The notes below the pieces were generated by a model. That model saw only the letters and a program-made list of their open reading frames with translations, was not told where the DNA came from and did not search any database. The position numbers and the translations under genes were made by a program. Below are positions 17,731 through 27,063 of a stretch of 32,000 nucleotides of DNA, one piece after another; the stretch's first letter is position 1; each line of letters opens with the position of its first letter. Source of the stretch: Candidatus Heimdallarchaeota archaeon (GTDB taxonomy: Archaea; Asgardarchaeota; Heimdallarchaeia; Heimdallarchaeales; Kariarchaeaceae); the NCBI GenBank assembly GCA_030149205.1, contig JASBSB010000001.1, forward strand, positions 930,001-962,000, given 5' to 3'.

Positions 17731-18486
17731 GTGGCAATTGTATTTGGATACGAGTTAATTATCTTTGCCTTTATTCTTGGAATAAAACATAGTTTAGATG
17801 CAGATCACCTGGTTGCTGTGTCATCACTGATTACTAGAGCAACAGGAATTAGAAAAACATCAGTCCTGTCTGCCTTCTGGGCACTTGGACATATGTTAAC
17901 CGCTTCAATCATTACTGGGATCCTCTATCTTTTGAAAGATCAGTTTCTAAGTGCCTATCTGAGTGTATTCGAATCAGTTGTTGCTTGGATGTTGATTCTC
18001 ATCGGCGTATTGACAATATTGTGGGAGTTTGATGTGATCTCATTTGGGAAACACTCACATGGACATATCCATACGGGGGAAACGGTCGAAGTTCACGAGG
18101 GTCATACCCATGATCAAGAGGGTGAAAACCTAAAAGAAATTGAACACCACCACTTTTTCGCTGTGAAAAGTGAAAACAAAATTATGGTCGGGATTGGAGT
18201 GATACATGGGTTGGCTTCAAATGATGAGTTATTGATCCTATTAACATTAACCTTAGGCTTAAACCAGTTAAGTGAGATGTTGTTTGGAGTTCTCATATTT
18301 TCTCTTGGGGTGGTCTTAGGTATGATATTATATGGAACATTATTGAATGCTTCAGTTATAGCAGTCTACAGAGAGAGGATTACAAAGGTCATCAATCTGA
18401 CCATTGCAGTTTTAGCTATCTCTTATGGTATTTACATCTTGTTAGGTGGTTCTACAATTAATCTTTTCCCATTTGTCAATGCTTGA
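17731..18486 (+). CDS. Nickel/cobalt transporter, NiCoT/UreH-like family
   Basis: TM signature KHSLDADHL, WALGHMLT, His-rich loop HSHGHIH..HEGHTH..EHHH, and GVIHGLAS. Confidence 0.88.
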   Translation: MAIVFGYELIIFAFILGIKHSLDADHLVAVSSLITRATGIRKTSVLSAFWALGHMLTASIITGILYLLKDQFLSAYLSVFESVVAWMLILIGVLTILWEFDVISFGKHSHGHIHTGETVEVHEGHTHDQEGENLKEIEHHHFFAVKSENKIMVGIGVIHGLASNDELLILLTLTLGLNQLSEMLFGVLIFSLGVVLGMILYGTLLNASVIAVYRERITKVINLTIAVLAISYGIYILLGGSTINLFPFVNA

Positions 18487-18608
18487 AATTCAAGTCGATG
18501 GAGTTTAATTGAACTGTTGAACCATTACATTACCAAACCAACTTTACAAACTTAGTTCCTAAAATAAGATAGTTTAAATATTTCCAATTTTACTTACATT
18601 TTAGCAGA

Positions 18609-20381
18609 ATGCTGGTCAGCGAGAACAACCGATTTGAGGAGATTCCAAAAGTTTATTCAAAATCTGTTATAAGTGTGATTTTGGGGGTATTAATCCTCCT
18701 AGTTGCTGGCTTGATCTCTTTAAGCATTGGTCAGGTATTACAGGGGGAATCTCTACTTCTTGTTAGACAAATTTTCGTGTTTGTACTCCCAGTTATCATC
18801 CCTACAATTTATACTCTCATTGTACTCCTAATTTTTTACAATAGAATAATAAATTCTACTAATTTTCATAAGGTGTTCAGTTATTTTTTTGTATTCGCTA
18901 CAATTTCTGTCTTGTTTAGTCTGCTGTTGAATACTGACTTGACAAGATTATTACAATACTTAGGTTTTTTGACACTCCCAAGATTTTGGATTGATATGAC
19001 TGCATATGCTGTTATTGCACCTCTGGTCGAAGAACTTGCTAAGTTGCTGCCATTATTTGTGCTGAGTGTGAGCTCTATCAAGGTCTGGGGTAATAAGCCA
19101 AAACGTGTGGTAGAAAACCCCTCTGTCTTAATTTTCTATGCTTTCATTATTGGGGGGATGTTTACTTTTTTGGAGACCCTCTTGTACATATATAATACCT
19201 TGCAAAGATTAGGGGTGTCAACATTTGACCTTTTGCAAAAGGATGTCTGGGATGCTGTATTTGCTCAAATCATGATTAGGTTTTCTTTTCCCCTCCACAT
19301 AGTCACTCCAGTGATCATGGCATTCTTTATTCAAAGGTCACTCTTTAATAGCAGAAATCTATTACCTGAGGTATCAGGAAATGCTATTGGAATTGGATTT
19401 GTAAGTGGGGTGATTCTTCATTCCTTTTGGAACGGAAACTTAGTTTTTTCAGCGTACAATAGCCAGTTCCCAACTATATTGGTATATGGATCAAAAATGC
19501 CAGTCACTGTGTTTTGGGAAGGTCTTCTACTTTGGACAATTTTATTGGTCATCCTGGTTTCAGTTTATCTATCTGACCTCCCGTTACTCAAATGTAATGT
19601 TTGTGGTAACTTTCATTACCCACCTTACTCAGCTAAAGAACATCTTCAGGAACAGGGAGAGCTGGGGATGCTTTATTTTATAAGCTCATTCTCATCCCTC
19701 AGATTAAGCCACCTTTTGAAGAGGGTCTATTATAAGCTTAGAAAACTGCCTTTTTCACCAGGAGTAAAATATTGTCCAAATTGCTCGGAAGTTATGACAG
19801 GTATAACATGTGAGAATTGTGAAAGTGTTCCCACGTTCATATGTAAGTTTTGCAAGTTTCCAGTTCCTGTTTATGCAAACTCGTGTTGGAACTGCAAAAG
19901 AGAGTTAGAGGTGGTGTTTGATCAGTCATTTAGATTACGACAAAAACCTATTGAGCAGATATTTCTGGGTATTGTATTTATACTTACAGTATTTGTTTAT
20001 TACAAACTTTTTGAAACCATATTGTATTTTACCTTTGCACGAAATCTAACACCTGCCCAGAAAGATATTCTCAACTTTAACCTTATTTTTACAATTTTCT
20101 TTAGTCTTCCATTGTTCTTCCTTGTACGATGGGCGATTGAAAAAAAGAGCCGGGATCAGGTAAGGGTTATAGGCAATTTTATTGGATCATTAATGGTAAT
20201 TGAGACAATGTTTTACATTATTAGTCTATCATCACTCATTGTTGCAGTTGGTGGAATAGTCAATCCAGTCTCTGGATTTCTAGGGACAGGCTTTATTCTG
20301 ATTCTAACAGTATTACTAGTACTAGACTTTCTACACCTTTTATTTCAACAGAAAGTGCTGTTTGAGGAGGATTCAGTATGA
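18609..20381 (+). CDS. PrsW-family intramembrane metalloprotease fused to multiple zinc ribbons and extra TM helices
   Basis: PrsW motifs EELAK, FTFLE, PLH and HSFWN; then CNVC..H, CPNC, CENC, CKFC, CWNC; then about 4 more TM segments. Confidence 0.82.
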   Translation: MLVSENNRFEEIPKVYSKSVISVILGVLILLVAGLISLSIGQVLQGESLLLVRQIFVFVLPVIIPTIYTLIVLLIFYNRIINSTNFHKVFSYFFVFATISVLFSLLLNTDLTRLLQYLGFLTLPRFWIDMTAYAVIAPLVEELAKLLPLFVLSVSSIKVWGNKPKRVVENPSVLIFYAFIIGGMFTFLETLLYIYNTLQRLGVSTFDLLQKDVWDAVFAQIMIRFSFPLHIVTPVIMAFFIQRSLFNSRNLLPEVSGNAIGIGFVSGVILHSFWNGNLVFSAYNSQFPTILVYGSKMPVTVFWEGLLLWTILLVILVSVYLSDLPLLKCNVCGNFHYPPYSAKEHLQEQGELGMLYFISSFSSLRLSHLLKRVYYKLRKLPFSPGVKYCPNCSEVMTGITCENCESVPTFICKFCKFPVPVYANSCWNCKRELEVVFDQSFRLRQKPIEQIFLGIVFILTVFVYYKLFETILYFTFARNLTPAQKDILNFNLIFTIFFSLPLFFLVRWAIEKKSRDQVRVIGNFIGSLMVIETMFYIISLSSLIVAVGGIVNPVSGFLGTGFILILTVLLVLDFLHLLFQQKVLFEEDSV

Positions 20382-21136
20382 GTAAAACAAAATTTTATAA
20401 ATCTTACACCTTCTATGACCTCGATTCTCCAAAGGAGCTTGATGCGCTCCTAATTCTTGTTTTTGGGCTGGTTGGTGCATATGTCAGTCAATTGGTGCTT
20501 TTAATTCAGTTACAAGATATCCAACCTCCTGCAATAATTGTACCAAACCTCCTAACCATTTCTGGGGAATTGATTTCAAAGGCTTTCAGTGGATTTTCAA
20601 TCATTTATCTTGGGTATTTATTGGGAATGGGTACAGCTGGGGTCTATTATAGGATAAAATATGGAACAGAGACAATAAACCTGGTGAAAACTGTTGCTAA
20701 ATTATATTTTATGTTTTTCTTGGGGATTGCTTCTATTATAGTCCTGATTCTGTTGTTTACATTTATTCAAGCTTTGATTTTTGTAGCTCTAGCCATACCA
20801 TTCATTCTGTTTTACTTGGCAATTGTTGTTGGGGTGATCGTTGCTCCTTTTGCGCTTGTTGCATTGATTCCTTTTGAGAAGATATTCACATACAACCAAA
20901 GCTCATCATCCCCCTTTCCACCCATGCTTTCTTTCAATCGAACTTACCTGGTTTTAAATGTGATTCCAAATGAAAAGCCAAAATTTTGTCCTTTTAAGGA
21001 TGTGGAAAAAAATGGTTGTTCTTATTTAGGTTATGGAGCTCCAAAAGAATCATTGATCTGTGATTTTGAAAGCACCTTCACTCGTTGCTATGTTTACAAG
21101 AAATTGGCCCCAGAATTTTCGGAGGTTAAAAAATGA
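20378..21136 (+). CDS. Membrane protein with a C-terminal four-cysteine domain
   Basis: About 4 TM segments, then CPF-x7-C-x13-C-x7-C. ATGA overlaps at both ends. Confidence 0.8.
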   Translation: MSKTKFYKSYTFYDLDSPKELDALLILVFGLVGAYVSQLVLLIQLQDIQPPAIIVPNLLTISGELISKAFSGFSIIYLGYLLGMGTAGVYYRIKYGTETINLVKTVAKLYFMFFLGIASIIVLILLFTFIQALIFVALAIPFILFYLAIVVGVIVAPFALVALIPFEKIFTYNQSSSSPFPPMLSFNRTYLVLNVIPNEKPKFCPFKDVEKNGCSYLGYGAPKESLICDFESTFTRCYVYKKLAPEFSEVKK

Positions 21137-21999
21137 GTAGGATTCTAAGTTTTGTTACAAAATCATTGATGCTGGTTATAGTTGGGGTTATAACGTTCAT
21201 TTCAGTCAGTCTTTTCGCAATGTTAAATGATGGACCACCTATAAACGGAAAGGCCTCTCTATTAGAAAGATTATGGTATGAACTTAACAAGATCATGATG
21301 AAAATTTTGGTAGAATTTTTAAAAATACTTTTTGAAATTTTGAGAAATTTATTTGGAAACCAATCCAGTGGTACTCAACCATCAAGCTCTGATTTCACAG
21401 TACTAGCAACTATCCTGCAATATATACTAGTTTTTATAATGACGATCTTGGTAATTTACGTCCTCCACAGATTAATTAAAAGCTATAGGAGGAGCGCCTC
21501 AGATCCAAAAGTCAAAACTGACAAGAGAGAAAGGGTTGAAAATTTAAAATTCTCTAGAGAGAAAGCCAGAGAGATCCTTATTAATTCAAAAGCCACTGGA
21601 GAGTACACTTCAGGGGTGATACTTGCTTATCAGGAGTTAGATAGTGCACTTGATAATTTTCGTGAAGCTAAGCGACCCAAGCACTGGACCCCCAAAGAAT
21701 ATGCGTTCAGTGTGAAGGAACCACTGTTTAAACCTAACGTTTACAGAATTGTCAATGTGTTCTACAAGACCCGATATGCAGAGATAAGCTCAACTCTTTC
21801 GGATGTAGATGAATTCTTACAGGCGTTGGATATGTTATTTGTTAGTGAAAATTCTCCAGAGGAGAAATCACGACTCCAAACCTTTTTTGATAAAGAATTT
21901 TCAAAGGAGAGACATTGGAACATCATACCTACAGGTGATGTGTTAAAGCCTAAAAAGCTTCAGGAATACACACTTTTTAAGTTACAGGAGAAAGAATAA
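21133..21999 (+). CDS. DUF4129-like domain membrane protein
   Basis: N-terminal hydrophobic segments, then AYQELDSAL..HWTPKEYA..FYKTRYA, resembling the DUF4129 pattern; position in a MoxR/DUF58 operon fits. Confidence 0.68.
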   Translation: MSRILSFVTKSLMLVIVGVITFISVSLFAMLNDGPPINGKASLLERLWYELNKIMMKILVEFLKILFEILRNLFGNQSSGTQPSSSDFTVLATILQYILVFIMTILVIYVLHRLIKSYRRSASDPKVKTDKRERVENLKFSREKAREILINSKATGEYTSGVILAYQELDSALDNFREAKRPKHWTPKEYAFSVKEPLFKPNVYRIVNVFYKTRYAEISSTLSDVDEFLQALDMLFVSENSPEEKSRLQTFFDKEFSKERHWNIIPTGDVLKPKKLQEYTLFKLQEKE

Positions 22000-23420
22000 T
22001 GACAACAGTATTAATAAGCTTACAAAGATTAAGAAGGTATCTCTCCTTTGAAAATTTCATAATCCTTTATTTTGCTATCTCCTTTGGTGCTTTAGGGCCC
22101 GGATTTTTAAATTTAAATCAATCATGGGTACCATATGGGTCGATAAATGATTCAACAAGCTACGGTTATCAGACTTCTGCTAATTACCTTCATTCAATTG
22201 GCATTTCTACAGTCAGAAATGTAGCCTCCTTACCTGTAATTACTGAAAATGGGAAATTACTGGCATACCTTAATCCTAAGGAGGACATAAGTAAACTAGA
22301 GCTTGAATACTTAATTCAACGGATTTCAACAGGTTTACCAACCCTTATAGTAAGTGATAATCTTAACTCCTTCCCAAATTTCAGAAATCTTTTAAACCAA
22401 TTTTTTGTTGCGCCTACGAGCTGCAGAATGTATGAACATGTTGATCAGGTAACCTTAAATCGACAGGCATATCCATCTGTATTTGGTCAATTTGCTAAAT
22501 TTCAGGGAATCCTTCCCACAGCACTCGATGTAGCTGGAAATAGTTTCGTTTCGCCATTATTGGCTGTAACTCAATTCAATGCCAGCTGTGACAGTTTTGC
22601 TGACAATAATTCAACAAGGTTAATCAGTGTTAGGACTTCGTCATTGATAGTGTTATCTGACCCATGGATGATTACAAACAATTACACAAAATTTTATCCA
22701 GAAAATTTAGGATTTTGGAACCTGGTGGTTAATGAATTCAAATCATCACTCAATATTCAAATTACGAGTATGGTTTCAGCGGAGTATCACTTAAATTATG
22801 CACCAATGAACAGAGAATCACTTCAGATAACTCTGGAGAAAAATTTCCAAAATGTCTTTTTAGTTTTTATTCTTTCAATCTTCACGGTTGGATTTCCAAT
22901 TCTCTTAGGGATAATTTTCAAGATGTTCTCCTTTGATCGTCGAGAAGGTAGAGGTAAACAGCTAAAGAAGAGGTTTATGACCCTTCACACAGAACGGTTA
23001 TACGCAGTGCCTTTAACATTGGAAGAAAAAATTATAACTGATGAAAAGATTAGGGTGTCTATATCTGATCGTCCAACTTATTTAAGGGAGACTTGTTCTC
23101 AACTCTATGACTTCATTATTCAATACAAGCTTGAGGGATATTTTAATGAGTCATTGATTAATGAACTCAAGGATAGGACAGCAGCGACATACGTAGTTGA
23201 TGACGTTTATTGGATGACGATCAGTAAGGTCAACCTCATTATGGACGTGCTTCAAGAGGACACGATGATTTCTAGTGGATTAGGTTATGAGGAATTTATA
23301 GCGAAACCCTCATTTGACACAATATTGAAAAAGATTGAAAGTAAACTTAGTGAAAGAAGCCTCATGATAAAAGTAGCTCCGGATTATAAGCTGATTAATA
23401 GCGAAAAAAAAGAGGACTAA
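21999..23420 (+). CDS. DUF4350-like membrane-anchored protein
   Basis: N-terminal TM, putative extracytoplasmic domain (..LIVLSDPWMITN..N..FW), second TM, cytoplasmic tail; lies just upstream of moxR as in known operons. Family call rests largely on context. Confidence 0.55.
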   Translation: MTTVLISLQRLRRYLSFENFIILYFAISFGALGPGFLNLNQSWVPYGSINDSTSYGYQTSANYLHSIGISTVRNVASLPVITENGKLLAYLNPKEDISKLELEYLIQRISTGLPTLIVSDNLNSFPNFRNLLNQFFVAPTSCRMYEHVDQVTLNRQAYPSVFGQFAKFQGILPTALDVAGNSFVSPLLAVTQFNASCDSFADNNSTRLISVRTSSLIVLSDPWMITNNYTKFYPENLGFWNLVVNEFKSSLNIQITSMVSAEYHLNYAPMNRESLQITLEKNFQNVFLVFILSIFTVGFPILLGIIFKMFSFDRREGRGKQLKKRFMTLHTERLYAVPLTLEEKIITDEKIRVSISDRPTYLRETCSQLYDFIIQYKLEGYFNESLINELKDRTAATYVVDDVYWMTISKVNLIMDVLQEDTMISSGLGYEEFIAKPSFDTILKKIESKLSERSLMIKVAPDYKLINSEKKED

Positions 23421-23465
23421 ATATTTTTTGTTAGACGATATAATTAAATATATCTGTCATTATCG

Positions 23466-24419
23466 TTGATTGTGGCAGAAGCAGATTTAGGCTATATAAA
23501 AGAAGTTACTGACAAGATTGTCAATGAGATGTCAAAAAGAATTATTGGAAATGAGGAGACATTATATGTAGTCCTTGCGACATTATATGCTAGAGGGCAC
23601 GTATTGCTTGAAGGTGTTCCTGGGATTGCTAAATCTTATCTAGCCTCAAGCCTCGCTGAAGTTCTTGGCTTGAAGCACAAAAGAATTCAATTTACACCAG
23701 ATTTAATGCCAGTTGACATAACAGGGTCTTCGATCTATGATCAAAAGGAACTGAGTTTTAAGTTTATCCCAGGTCCGATCTTTGCGAACATCATTTTATG
23801 TGATGAAATCTCAAGAGCTCCTCCAAAAACACAGGCTGCTCTCCTTGAGTCTATGCAGGAAAAGCAGGTAACCGTTGAAGGGAACACTTTCATCCTAGAA
23901 AAACCCTTTTTTGTGATGGCAACTCAAAACCCCATTGAACAGGTTGGTGTTTATCCTCTCCCTGAGGCACAGTTAGATAGATTTATGGTGAGGTTGATCA
24001 TGAGACTCCCAGATTTCAAGGAAGAAGTATCTATCCTTTTGAACAAAAGGGAATCATTCGATCCAGAGATACAGACTGTTAGTTCTCTTGAAGAGATACT
24101 AAAGATCCAAAAGGAGATTGAAAAAGTAACCATTTCTGATGAAGTGTTAGAGTATATTGCTCGATTGGTTGTGAGAACAAGATTCTTACCTAGCCTTACC
24201 CTTGGTGGATCACCAAGAGCAAGCCTTGCTTTGATGACCATGGGGAGAGCTTTTGCAGCAATTAATGGAAGACAGTACGTCGAACCTGATGACATTAAAT
24301 CACTCTTCTATCATGTGTTGAATCACAGAGTTATACTGACACCTCAAGCAGAGGTTGAGCAGATCCCAATAGAGCAGATTTTGGCATCGATAATTACAGA
24401 TGTACCTGTGAAACTATAA
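23466..24419 (+). CDS. moxR: MoxR family AAA+ ATPase
   Basis: GHVLLEGVPGIAKS, RIQFTPDLMPVDITG, ILCDE, PKTQAALLESMQE, ATQNPIE, YPLPEAQLDRF, SPRA and HRVIL. Confidence 0.96.
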   Translation: MIVAEADLGYIKEVTDKIVNEMSKRIIGNEETLYVVLATLYARGHVLLEGVPGIAKSYLASSLAEVLGLKHKRIQFTPDLMPVDITGSSIYDQKELSFKFIPGPIFANIILCDEISRAPPKTQAALLESMQEKQVTVEGNTFILEKPFFVMATQNPIEQVGVYPLPEAQLDRFMVRLIMRLPDFKEEVSILLNKRESFDPEIQTVSSLEEILKIQKEIEKVTISDEVLEYIARLVVRTRFLPSLTLGGSPRASLALMTMGRAFAAINGRQYVEPDDIKSLFYHVLNHRVILTPQAEVEQIPIEQILASIITDVPVKL

Positions 24420-24430
24420 GAGGAACTGTT

Positions 24431-25900
24431 ATGAGTAAAATGGAGCAGATAGCTTCCCCCTTTATCAATGAAGAGTTGGTCGAGCAGGCAAAGAAGACTG
24501 GTAAAATTTTAATGTCTGAGGAAGAGGTAGTATCTAAGAGTCTGCCAGTATATTTCTCACTTACATCAGAGGGTCTGATCTTTGGAATTTTTAGCCTTCT
24601 TCTGGGAATTATTGGCCTAGCAAGCCTTAATCCACCGATATTTATCGTGGGATTTGGAATGAGCATTCTTTTGGTATTATATTTCCTATATCTTAGATTT
24701 ACCTTAAGTAAAACGAATGTTTCTATGGATGTGAATCTACCTGTAAGAGAAGTTGAAGCAAAGCTTTTTGCCCCTGTTCAGGTCGAGGTAACAACTACTA
24801 GGAATTTAGTAGTAACATTTGAACTCGAAACAAGTGATGGGCTATTTCCTGTATTAAGACCGGCGTCCTCAATATTAGATGCAAAAAAAGAAAAACTTGA
24901 AGAAGAGACATTTATGTTTTATGTTCCAAGGAGAGGGAAAGAGAGGATTGAAAGAGTTGTCGCTCAGATTGGAGGTCTTCCTGGTCTTTTTTTCGGAACC
25001 AAGACAATAATCATCAACAAAGAGATAATTGTTTTACCTGAACCTCAACGGGTTCAGTTACCTTGGACATTGAAGCAAAAAATAATGGATCAGTTTATTT
25101 CAGAAATAACAGTCACAAGGAAAGGACGGGGAAGTGATTTTTTTGCACTTAAAGATTTTCAGTTTGGAGATGAAATCAAACATATCGCATGGAAAAAATC
25201 CGCAAGGGTTGGAAAGTTAATCTCAAAAGAGTTTGAAGAACCTAACCAGCTTAAGTTTGTCATTGTTATAGATGCTTCATTATTTATGTCTGGCCCAAAA
25301 TTAGAGTTTGCACTTTCATCAGCAGTAGAATTATGTTCAGTTCTACGTCGAACAGAACACTCAGCATATGTCATCGTTCACGGAAATGATACATTAAAGT
25401 TTGTAAAATTAGGGGTTTCAATTTCTGCTATGAGGAGATTAGCAGTTGAACTTCACTCGGTCTCACCTTCTGGTACCACCTTTAACTACGACACTCTTTA
25501 CTCGACCTTGTTAACCCGACGACTATATGATTCTGTGGTGATATTCATTTCTGACGTTGAAGCACCCCCCAGTACTGTACAAAAAGGTTTGAGCTTGATA
25601 CAACCGTATATGCAGCGAACACTTTTCTTTGCCTGTTATACACCAGGGTTTGGAACCTTGTGGAATGAAACTGAATTTGGAGATTCTGGAATCTCAATGG
25701 ATGAATGGAAATATAAAAATTTCCAACTAAACCCATTAGTTAGAAGATCTTACTTGACAAGAATTCAGGAGTTCAAACAGAAGGTAACAGCCACAAGTAC
25801 AGTGTTTCATCTGATTAAGAATTATAACACCAACATACTACTTGAACTAAAAGCTACCCTGAGCTTTTTGAATAAGGTTGGTAAAAAAGGAGGGAAATAG
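24431..25900 (+). CDS. DUF58 domain protein (VWA-like) with N-terminal TM helices
   Basis: GSDFFALKDFQFGDEIKHIAWKKSAR..SKEFEE, VIDAS and FISD; directly follows moxR. Confidence 0.88.
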   Translation: MSKMEQIASPFINEELVEQAKKTGKILMSEEEVVSKSLPVYFSLTSEGLIFGIFSLLLGIIGLASLNPPIFIVGFGMSILLVLYFLYLRFTLSKTNVSMDVNLPVREVEAKLFAPVQVEVTTTRNLVVTFELETSDGLFPVLRPASSILDAKKEKLEEETFMFYVPRRGKERIERVVAQIGGLPGLFFGTKTIIINKEIIVLPEPQRVQLPWTLKQKIMDQFISEITVTRKGRGSDFFALKDFQFGDEIKHIAWKKSARVGKLISKEFEEPNQLKFVIVIDASLFMSGPKLEFALSSAVELCSVLRRTEHSAYVIVHGNDTLKFVKLGVSISAMRRLAVELHSVSPSGTTFNYDTLYSTLLTRRLYDSVVIFISDVEAPPSTVQKGLSLIQPYMQRTLFFACYTPGFGTLWNETEFGDSGISMDEWKYKNFQLNPLVRRSYLTRIQEFKQKVTATSTVFHLIKNYNTNILLELKATLSFLNKVGKKGGK

Positions 25901-26683
25901 ATGAGAGAAGACCCTATAGTATATGAGGACTGGCAGATCGGAAAGGCATCTAATACCTTTTTAAGACCATTAAAACTGGTTGAAGGAGGATTGAACCTTC
26001 TGCTAATACTTTCATTGGTAGATATTGTGATTAGTTCTAGGGTATTTTCATTGATTCCCATAATTGCAGTTTTGGGTCTTGGGGTGCTTCTCGTAGATTA
26101 TTTTGGAGACAATCTACTAGAGACCATACTGGCTAAATTAGTTAATGTTACAGTCTTATTTGTTATTACTGGACTTGCTTACTTCCAATCAACACAGGAT
26201 ATAAACCCCTTTATTGGACTGATTCTTGGAACGGTCTTCTTTTGGAAAATCTCTTTGATACCAATTTTTGTGCCACTTAGAAAGGTGAGTGGAGAAATCA
26301 TCCTTCCGAAAAATGAAAAGGTGGAGGTTCGACTCTTACAAGCTTACAAGAATCTATCAACCACAAGCTATGGAATGAATTTAGATTCTATTTTTGAGGG
26401 AAGAAAAGCACTAATTCGAAAAAATTTTCCATTTACCCTAATTGCCTTCGTCTTTAGTCTGAGTATGGGTACAATTCTAGGATTAGGAGACTCTCTCCAA
26501 ATATACCTTATCAGATTTTTAATGCAGGTGTTTTTGATCATAATGTCCCTATATTTAAGCTATTTGCTCATTGTTTGGTATACAGCCCGTGAAGATACGA
26601 GTTTATCAGGATTAATTTTTTCTAGGATGAAGAGATGGGTAAAGCGCAGATTTTCAAGAAAGAAAAAACCTAATACTTTTTGA
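25901..26683 (+). CDS. Hypothetical multi-pass membrane protein, last gene of the MoxR operon
   Basis: About 6 hydrophobic segments and a basic C-terminal tail; starts on the base after the DUF58 stop codon. Confidence 0.8.
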   Translation: MREDPIVYEDWQIGKASNTFLRPLKLVEGGLNLLLILSLVDIVISSRVFSLIPIIAVLGLGVLLVDYFGDNLLETILAKLVNVTVLFVITGLAYFQSTQDINPFIGLILGTVFFWKISLIPIFVPLRKVSGEIILPKNEKVEVRLLQAYKNLSTTSYGMNLDSIFEGRKALIRKNFPFTLIAFVFSLSMGTILGLGDSLQIYLIRFLMQVFLIIMSLYLSYLLIVWYTAREDTSLSGLIFSRMKRWVKRRFSRKKKPNTF

Positions 26684-26993
26684 CTGAGGGATCAACCTCA
26701 TTTGACCATCGAATAATTCCACCAGTAACATTATACACATTAGGAAATCCATTTGAACGAAGATACATTACTACTCGACCAGACCTCGCTCCACTCCGGC
26801 AGATAAAAGCCAATTTTTGATCTTTGGAAAGATTTCCGAGGTGATTTCCAAACTCACTCATAGGGATAGAATCTGATCCAGTGACACTGGTGTATGCAAA
26901 TTCGTCCTTCTCGCGGACATCAATTAACCGAATCTCGCCAGTTTGCATGAGTTTGTGAACTTCTTTGGGTAATAGGGAAATAGAGTTATTCAT
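26670..26993 (-). CDS. Single-domain rhodanese (sulfurtransferase)
   Basis: LIDVRE..EF, active-site loop ICRSGARS, NVYNVTGGIIRW. Confidence 0.93.
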   Translation of the reverse strand: MNNSISLLPKEVHKLMQTGEIRLIDVREKDEFAYTSVTGSDSIPMSEFGNHLGNLSKDQKLAFICRSGARSGRVVMYLRSNGFPNVYNVTGGIIRWSNEVDPSVKKY

Positions 26994-27063
26994 AGTTTTA
27001 AGATTTTTCTACCTAATAAATAGCTTAGGTTAATTTCAGATGAATAAATTTAGTGCATAAGTT

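Noticed and set aside
18114-26061. Short ORFs at 18114, 18881, 19486, 23951, 24394, 25159, 25545 and 25822
   Set aside because: All lie inside well-supported operon genes, antisense or out of frame.
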